From Patescibacteria group bacterium (GTDB taxonomy: Bacteria; Patescibacteriota; Minisyncoccia; UBA6257; JACRHW01), in the NCBI GenBank assembly GCA_028865725.1, contig JAGWJP010000001.1, positions 55,377 through 119,376 on the forward strand: 64,000 nt of DNA, read 5' to 3'. The notes beneath the pieces were generated by a model. The model did no database searches. It saw only the letters and a program-made list of their open reading frames with translations, and was not told the origin of the DNA. Positions 58,259 through 64,000 of the stretch are shown here, one piece after another (position 1 is the first letter of the stretch; the number at the start of each line of letters is the position of its first letter). Made by a program: the position numbers and the translations under genes.

Positions 58259-59938
58259 TTATTCTTTACCCTGCCACTGACGGACTGTTTTAGAAGATAA
58301 TCCTTGGATATCAAATTCTTCTGGATTAGTGTCCTTGAAAAATTTATTCGCCATAAATACTTTAATCATATTTTCACGATCCTTGGCGGCTCGACCGCTG
58401 ATTTCTGCCTTTCTGAAAAATTCTCGGAGCACAACATTTTCTAATGGTTCAGCAAAACCAGAGGCCTTCCAGGCTTTCATGATTTCAATTTGATCTTTTA
58501 AGGTAATAACGAGTTCTTTAAAGGCAAGTTTATCGCTACGCGCTAATGAATCTTCACCACCTTCTCGCATGCTCAAAGTAAAATCTTCCTGAATCTTACG
58601 GCACGCGCCGACAAAACGCTTTAACGCATCGAGTTTTTGTGGTGCTTCTTGTTCGTCCCACGCAATGGCGCCATTTCGATCTGCAAGTACACCCGCAAGA
58701 ATAGTAAGCGTCTCAGGAGCAATATATTCACCTTCTTTGTTCTTTTTGCCGAGATCTAGATAATGAATTTCTTTCGCCCCCGCACCGCCGATAAAACGGC
58801 GAAGCGTGGCAACATCAAGTTCGTAGCGTTGCTTATAGCGTTCTGATTTAAGATTAGCGGTGGCAAAAATAACAAATCCGGGGGCAACCTTGATTGATTC
58901 TCCTGTTGAAGGATGCTTCCATGAACTGCCCACACGTAACTGAAAAATTTCGTTCAAAATGCCTTGAAATTCATGAGGCATAAGGTTCATTTCATCCAAA
59001 ATAACGGGACGCCCTTCCTTCATGCTTTTCACAAGTTCTGAATACAGAAAATCAGTAGCGCCATCTTTGAGGGTAACACGTCCCATGATTTGAGATTCTT
59101 TGATTTGTTCGGAAATGGAGATTGGCGCAACTTCGTAACCCAGAAATCTATGAGAAATGTATTTAGCAAGCTGAGTCTTGCCAGAACCTGTTTCGCCTTG
59201 AAACAAAATAGGCGCGCCGCGCAATAAATCAGGTAAGACGTCTTGAATAAGCTTGGTGCGCGATTCTGTCTCGGCAAAACTATAACGCTCTAAATCTTGT
59301 TGCGTGCGCCGAACCTCTCTCCGGCGTAGCATATCAATTGATGCCGGATCTAATTCAAAAGCAGTTACATTGTTTTGTAGTTCCTCTCTCCGATTTGTGA
59401 GATCGGTAAGCTTGGTGCGTTCAATCGGGCCCGGTGCGCGTCCTATTTTTTCATAGAGCACGCGAAGTTTTTGTTCACTATTCGTGACAGCGCTAAGTTC
59501 TTTTTGGAGATGTTCATAGGTTAGAACGTTGGCTAACGTATCCTTCATGCCTTCAAAGCGCTCTTTATACGTCTCCATTACTTTGGAGTTACTGCCCAGT
59601 TCTTGAATACGCGCATCATATTCAGCAAGAACATTCTCGGAAAATTCTGCCATTTCAGGATCAATTTTAAGTGCGTCAAATTGAGCCGCAACCGCATCAT
59701 CGCCTTGAGCCTTCAATTCTTCTCGTTCGGTTTTTGTAAGACCGCCCCACGATTCACGGACGTGCTTTGATGCTTCGACTCTTGCGGCGGAGAGGTCCAT
59801 AAGCTCTTGGACTCGTGTTTCAAGTTGCTCAGGAGAAAGTTTTTGCTTCTCTTTTGTACTATCAACACCTTTTTCCTCAATAACGCGCTCCGGAGTGGTA
59901 GGTAGATTAGGCATTGATGGAAATTGTTCTTTGGGCAT
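58259..59938 (-). CDS. MoxR-like AAA+ ATPase (AAA_5 / dynein-related subfamily)
   Basis: Walker A LFQGETGSGKTQLAKY. Walker B VILDEMNLMPHEFQGILNEIFQ. ...FVIFATANL. 559 aa with a coiled-coil N-terminus. Confidence 0.8.
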   Translation of the reverse strand: MPKEQFPSMPNLPTTPERVIEEKGVDSTKEKQKLSPEQLETRVQELMDLSAARVEASKHVRESWGGLTKTEREELKAQGDDAVAAQFDALKIDPEMAEFSENVLAEYDARIQELGSNSKVMETYKERFEGMKDTLANVLTYEHLQKELSAVTNSEQKLRVLYEKIGRAPGPIERTKLTDLTNRREELQNNVTAFELDPASIDMLRRREVRRTQQDLERYSFAETESRTKLIQDVLPDLLRGAPILFQGETGSGKTQLAKYISHRFLGYEVAPISISEQIKESQIMGRVTLKDGATDFLYSELVKSMKEGRPVILDEMNLMPHEFQGILNEIFQLRVGSSWKHPSTGESIKVAPGFVIFATANLKSERYKQRYELDVATLRRFIGGAGAKEIHYLDLGKKNKEGEYIAPETLTILAGVLADRNGAIAWDEQEAPQKLDALKRFVGACRKIQEDFTLSMREGGEDSLARSDKLAFKELVITLKDQIEIMKAWKASGFAEPLENVVLREFFRKAEISGRAAKDRENMIKVFMANKFFKDTNPEEFDIQGLSSKTVRQWQGKE

Positions 59939-59980
59939 ATTGTAAGTGTTATACGGTTATGAATTGATTGTACCAGTTTC

Positions 59981-60044
59981 AAAAATTTTTTCGAACGTCC
60001 AAGGAATCAAGAAGAACCAAGACAATCAAGCACCCAAGGGGAAA
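59981..60044 (-). repeat. Conserved post-VR element, copy 3
   Basis: Same sequence family as 54455-54518. Confidence 0.7.
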
Positions 60045-60857
60045 CTACCGAGAGGGACAGACGCCCAGACTGGAGCTCGTGCCGTCGCGGGTATCGTCGC
60101 TGACGTCGAGACCGCCCGAATCGAAGCTGCCAACGTCGACGAAGCTGCCGTCGGACGACTGAACGGCAGACCAATCCCAGGTAGATTCTAATAATGATTC
60201 TTTGTTTGCACCATAATAGAGGAGAGTGTCATAGATGATTTCTACGGGGGTTCTGCGTTTAATAGTATTCGGATCTATATTATTGTCTTTTGCCCACTTT
60301 TTAAGAACCTCCTCTTGTTGATCCCAATTTTTATCCAATGATTCCTGGAGCACGTCTTTTGTTACCAGGCTCCATTTGAGTTGCGGTGTCGGTTTTGTTG
60401 CAAATTCTTGGTCGTTATACCAATCCTGTGATTTCCAAAACAAATTCGTTTTCTTCTTTGCGGGATCTCCCAATGCATCATCGGACCCGAATTGTTCTCG
60501 CAATTGTTTGATGGTAAGCAGGTTTCCATCCTTATCATGCGATACCCGCAACACAAGCATCATCTTAAGATGTTTTGCTTGTTCAAGCTCTTCTCGAGTA
60601 AACGGGATGTTTTCAATCTCCTGCAATTCTTCAGGGGTAAGTTCGACGCCATATGTCGTTTTAACCGATTCGGGTCCCAGAAAATCTTTGCCGAATAGTT
60701 CTCTGGCTTCATTGAATTCGATGTTTGTTTCTTTAGCTTCAGGTATGAGATTCTCTTTTTTGGCAATGTCTAAAGCCTGCTCAACCTTTTTCTGAGTAGA
60801 AGTCTTGTATTTATTCGGTTCGTATTCGTCGTAAATTTTGTAAGCTTCAAAAGGCAT
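60045..60857 (-). CDS. DGR-2 target protein C
   Basis: 270-aa paralog. C-terminus ...GSFVDVGSFDSGGLDVSDDTRDGTSSSLGVCPSR. Confidence 0.8.
   Translation of the reverse strand: MPFEAYKIYDEYEPNKYKTSTQKKVEQALDIAKKENLIPEAKETNIEFNEARELFGKDFLGPESVKTTYGVELTPEELQEIENIPFTREELEQAKHLKMMLVLRVSHDKDGNLLTIKQLREQFGSDDALGDPAKKKTNLFWKSQDWYNDQEFATKPTPQLKWSLVTKDVLQESLDKNWDQQEEVLKKWAKDNNIDPNTIKRRTPVEIIYDTLLYYGANKESLLESTWDWSAVQSSDGSFVDVGSFDSGGLDVSDDTRDGTSSSLGVCPSR
60048..60167 (-). repeat. DGR-2 variable repeat C
   Basis: Reverse complement versus TR2: all differences are A to G or A to other at TR adenines. Confidence 0.8.
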
Positions 60858-61177
60858 AGCTATTTCTTTAACTATACAGAATATGAAACATTTTTGCCAA
60901 CTTTCGCAATCATAAAACGTATGCCATACTAATGGCGAGCTTTGTTACTAGAGATTAGGCTGCATAGGTTTAATCTTACGGATCTCCTTTTTGCATATTC
61001 CGCCGGAGTTTCTGTGGCATATCGGTTATAGAAAGCGCGCGGTGGCAAAACGTAAGAACAACGAAACTACGTGTTTTGTTTCAATGTGGATGCCTTGTGC
61101 ACGGGCTGCCACTACGTAAAATTCAGGAGATATTTCCTTGTTGAAATTATCCGGTGATGGGGAAGGAACAAAACACA

Positions 61178-61297
61178 CAGGTTCAGTCGTCCGACGGCAA
61201 CTTCGTCAACGTTGGCAACTTCGATTCGGACGGTCTCAACGTCAACAACGATACCCGCGACAACACGAACTCCAATCTGGGCGTCTGTCCCTCTCGG
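61178..61297 (+). repeat. DGR-2 template repeat (TR2), AAC-rich
   Basis: gttcagtcgtccgacggcaacttcgtcaacgttggcaacttcgattcggacggtctcaacgtcaacaacgatacccgcgacaacacgaactccaatctgggcgtctgtccctctcgg. In-frame translation is ...NFVNVGNFDSDGLNVNNDTRDNTNSNLGVCPSR. Confidence 0.8.
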
Positions 61298-61314
61298 TAG
61301 TTTTGTTAATCTGG

Positions 61315-61345
61315 ATGAAGAGGCCTTCTTAGAAGGCCTCTTCAT
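61315..61345. terminator. Perfect 14-bp stem-loop between TR2 and the Avd 3' end
   Basis: atgaagaggccttc-tta-gaaggcctcttcat. Confidence 0.5.
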
Positions 61346-61719
61346 TACTCTCGCGTTGATCGGATCCATCCGCCAAGCATTTTGCCAATTTCCTGGATAT
61401 GGTTTTGGCAAACAACGTATCGCTTATCGCTCAGCGCATCAACGTCGTTTGTTAATCGGATAAAAACTTTTAACATATCAAGCTTGCCGCTTGCAGATTC
61501 TAGTATGGGTAATTTGCGATCTTTTGTGATTTGGGCGGCCAACATAATATCCTTCAAGATTTGTAAAATATATTCTTCGCAATATTGGCCTAACGTATAG
61601 CGATCTTTCTTTGGGAAATCGAGCTCGAAAATGTAGAACTCTTTGAAAAAATCATACGTTTTTTTGAAGATAGGGATATCTAAGCTAAATTTTCCATCAT
61701 AGCCATGAGAGTTTTCCAT
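61345..61719 (-). CDS. avd: Avd-like accessory variability determinant of DGR-2. The start is uncertain.
   Basis: The C-terminal ~120 aa of ORF 61345-61932 align with the Avd of DGR-1 (DIPIFKKTYDFF...IGKMLGGWI). Met at 61719 overlaps the divergent RT start by 15 nt. An alternative start upstream cannot be excluded. Confidence 0.6.
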   Translation of the reverse strand: MENSHGYDGKFSLDIPIFKKTYDFFKEFYIFELDFPKKDRYTLGQYCEEYILQILKDIMLAAQITKDRKLPILESASGKLDMLKVFIRLTNDVDALSDKRYVVCQNHIQEIGKMLGGWIRSTRE

Positions 61720-62757
61720 AATATTTTTGATCAAATTATTAATATAGAGAATTTGGTTACTTCGTGGAGAGAATTTCGGATTGGCAAAAAACATCGCCGC
61801 GATACACTTATTTTTGAATATCGGTTGGAGGATAATCTCTGGTATCTTCGGAGGGTGCTTGAGGATAGAACGTACAAGCATTCCGGATACTTCTCTTTCT
61901 TTGTACAAGACCCGAAGGTCCGGCATATCCATAAAGCATCGGTTCGGGATCGAGTGTTACACCACGCGATTGTGAAACATCTTAACCCAATTTTCGAACC
62001 AACATTTATTTATGATTCCTATTCTTGCAGAATTAATAAAGGCACTCATCGAGGAATCAAAGCTTTTACTAAACATGCTCGGCAAGTCAGCAAAAACTGG
62101 ACAAGCACATGCTGGGTACTGAAATGCGACATCAGAAAATTTTTTGCCACCATCGATCACAATGTTTTGCTCGATATACTCTTTAGACATATTGCCGATC
62201 CTGACACGCGATGGTTACTACGCGAGGTTGTTTCAAGTTTTCGTTCGGAGTTTACGGTTGATCCGGAAAACCCCAAAGGAGTGCCTATCGGCAATCTTAC
62301 CTCGCAACTTTTTGCCAACGTGTACCTGAACGAGCTCGACCAATTTGTAAAGCATCAGTTGAAAGAAAAACACTACATTCGTTATGCCGATGATTTTGTG
62401 ATACTACACCCCCAAAGAGATCACTGTTTAGATATTGTGAAACGTATCACTACATTCCTTAAAGAATTTCTCAAGCTTGAATTGCATCCCAATAAAGTTA
62501 CTGTTAGAAAATTTAGCCAAGGCGTAGATTTTTTGGGTTACGTTTCTTTTCCTCATTTTGTGATACCGAGAAATAAAACCAGGAACAGAGTATTCAATAA
62601 AATACATGACAATATTTTGCTCTATAAACGTGGCCAATGGACGCTCGAGTCACTAAATCAAAGCATTCATTCATATCTTGGAATTTTATCTCACAGTAAT
62701 TCATTTGATCTCCAACAGGAGCTTGAAAATCAGATATTTTTTTGGCTGACAGAATAA
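61705..62757 (+). CDS. DGR-2 reverse transcriptase
   Basis: 350 aa. GVPIGNLTSQLFANVYLNELD (I/LGxxxSQ). YIRYADDFVIL. About 55% identical to the RT at 23001-24047. Confidence 0.85.
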   Translation: MRVFHNIFDQIINIENLVTSWREFRIGKKHRRDTLIFEYRLEDNLWYLRRVLEDRTYKHSGYFSFFVQDPKVRHIHKASVRDRVLHHAIVKHLNPIFEPTFIYDSYSCRINKGTHRGIKAFTKHARQVSKNWTSTCWVLKCDIRKFFATIDHNVLLDILFRHIADPDTRWLLREVVSSFRSEFTVDPENPKGVPIGNLTSQLFANVYLNELDQFVKHQLKEKHYIRYADDFVILHPQRDHCLDIVKRITTFLKEFLKLELHPNKVTVRKFSQGVDFLGYVSFPHFVIPRNKTRNRVFNKIHDNILLYKRGQWTLESLNQSIHSYLGILSHSNSFDLQQELENQIFFWLTE

Positions 62758-62819
62758 GCAATCATCTCTACATTATCCTTCGGATTTCCTGGTACATTGT
62801 TGACTAATACGCATGTAGC

Positions 62820-63932
62820 CTATAGCTCCGGAAAGATTGCTCTCACCTTCGCTTCGTGTTCCTCAATGGTTTTCTGATCTGGCTCAACGGTAGCGATATC
62901 AATCGTCACATCCTCCTCGAACGGCATCGTCTCTTTCTCATGAAAGAGGCGGTTCTTTGTGGTATTCGATTCCTCGTCTATGTTTGTCGCAGTTCGGATC
63001 GCCTTGTTGAGCTGCTCCATGTTTTCCCGCAAGGCAGCGAGTCTCTCGGAGACATGCTCCGCCATATCTGTCTCGTAGATGGGGGAAAGCTTTTTGAACA
63101 CAGTCTCGAAACCAAGGAGAATGGCATAGCCATTGATGAGCAGTTGTCGCCGTTCGGCAAATATTTTCGCTATTTCCTCATCTTTGAATCTGAGAAACAA
63201 TGTCCCGTTTTTTCTGAATTCTTCAAACAATGTCTGTGCATAGAGAAGGTTTGAGAGCATCGTCACACTCATACCATATCGACTGAAGGCGCCTGGTTCT
63301 CGGTTTCCTGCAAGGCTGCAAATCAAGAGCTCTTGGTCGAGATGCTCGTCCGTGTGATCGGGGTCATTTTCAGCGTACACGAGGCCAAGGTTCGGGTCGT
63401 AAGTGTCGACCCGCTTTTTGAAATCCTTGACGAATGCATATGCTCCGCCAAAGGCATAGAGACTTGTTCCGGTGATCACTGTATTGTTAAAGGTTTCGAA
63501 TGCTCTTTTTTCATCAAGTTCGCCTTTGAGGCTCGGCTCGATATTCAGGTTTTCGAAAATCATGGCAGCCGAGGCGAACTCACTATCGTAGAGACCCTTG
63601 CTCCAAAGTTTCTCTTTTCTGGTTTCTTCCTCAGTACGCTCCCTCAAGGCAAGCTCTCCAGAGGCGACATGCTTGCGTAACGTTTTTCTTGCTTTCACCT
63701 TGCTTTGGAACCACCGTTTCAAAAGTTCAGCATCATCGCTTGCCGCAAGCGGTGTGTATTCTTCGATGAGCCCATCGTCAAGCCAGCGTCGGCATGCCTC
63801 GCGAAGCATGGCCTTGATGGTCATAGTATGCTCTTTGGCATAGTGCTGCATCGCCTTCGTCACGGCATCGTGGATGTCATCGTCCTCCTCACGCGCTTCT
63901 TGATCCTTGGCTAGCGGATCGCCCGTAATCAC
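62820..63932 (-). CDS. Hypothetical acidic protein
   Basis: 370-aa ORF (GTG start). No recognisable motif. Confidence 0.4.
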   Translation of the reverse strand: MITGDPLAKDQEAREEDDDIHDAVTKAMQHYAKEHTMTIKAMLREACRRWLDDGLIEEYTPLAASDDAELLKRWFQSKVKARKTLRKHVASGELALRERTEEETRKEKLWSKGLYDSEFASAAMIFENLNIEPSLKGELDEKRAFETFNNTVITGTSLYAFGGAYAFVKDFKKRVDTYDPNLGLVYAENDPDHTDEHLDQELLICSLAGNREPGAFSRYGMSVTMLSNLLYAQTLFEEFRKNGTLFLRFKDEEIAKIFAERRQLLINGYAILLGFETVFKKLSPIYETDMAEHVSERLAALRENMEQLNKAIRTATNIDEESNTTKNRLFHEKETMPFEEDVTIDIATVEPDQKTIEEHEAKVRAIFPEL

Positions 63933-64000
63933 GACCCCATGGCTTTTGAGAAAATACCGGGCTACCTCAAGGAGGGGTATGCAGGCGAAATAGTGGAAGA

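Noticed and set aside
61345-61932. Full 195-aa ORF as the Avd gene
   Set aside because: The N-terminal 71 codons would overlap the divergent RT gene by 228 bp and have no counterpart in the DGR-1 Avd. The internal Met at 61719 is preferred, with the start left uncertain.
1-64000. CRISPR array
   Set aside because: No regularly spaced 25-40 bp direct repeats with unique spacers were seen. Repeats present are DGR template/variable repeats, post-VR elements, and the 125-bp family.

Overview
This 64 kb window looks like a low-GC bacterial chromosome in the standard genetic code. TGA acts as a stop in ATGA gene overlaps. The density of small hypothetical genes and retroelements would fit a Patescibacteria/CPR-like organism, but that is inference only.

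Housekeeping genes present:
- phosphoketolase, cut by the window start
- RNase Y and HU
- nicotinate phosphoribosyltransferase (PncB), MurB, a RdgB-like pyrophosphatase, and an HtrA-family protease
- a MacAB-like efflux operon
- a CcdA plus thioredoxin-like pair
- two ECF sigma factor modules
- eight tRNAs

Two diversity-generating retroelements (DGRs) are the main finding. Each has a reverse transcriptase with the I/LGxxxSQ motif and a divergently oriented Avd-like helical protein. Each has a ~120 bp template repeat whose copies at target-gene 3' ends differ almost only at template adenines.

DGR-2 (54.5-62.8 kb) diversifies the C-termini of three co-oriented paralogous target genes. A MoxR-like AAA ATPase gene and a von Willebrand A (VWA) gene sit between them. 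I read this as a possible DGR-diversified, NTPase-dependent sensor or conflict system. It lies next to a large serine recombinase beside tRNA-Arg(CCT).

DGR-1 (21.3-24.0 kb) has one target.

An integrative island sits at tRNA-His(GTG) (~7.9-21 kb). It carries a large serine recombinase, a Toprim/P-loop primase-helicase, a 745-aa standalone Abi/DRT-like reverse transcriptase, a Type III restriction-modification pair (Mod plus Res), and a PIN-domain protein.

Other notable items:
- two Fic-domain proteins
- tandem GCS2-like ligases, the second one frameshifted
- an 18-bp duplication of the tRNA-Ala 3' end
- a ~125 bp intergenic repeat family
- duplicated identical terminators

No CRISPR array was seen. 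All coordinates and calls were made by eye from the sequence; tRNA and repeat ends are within a few nucleotides.
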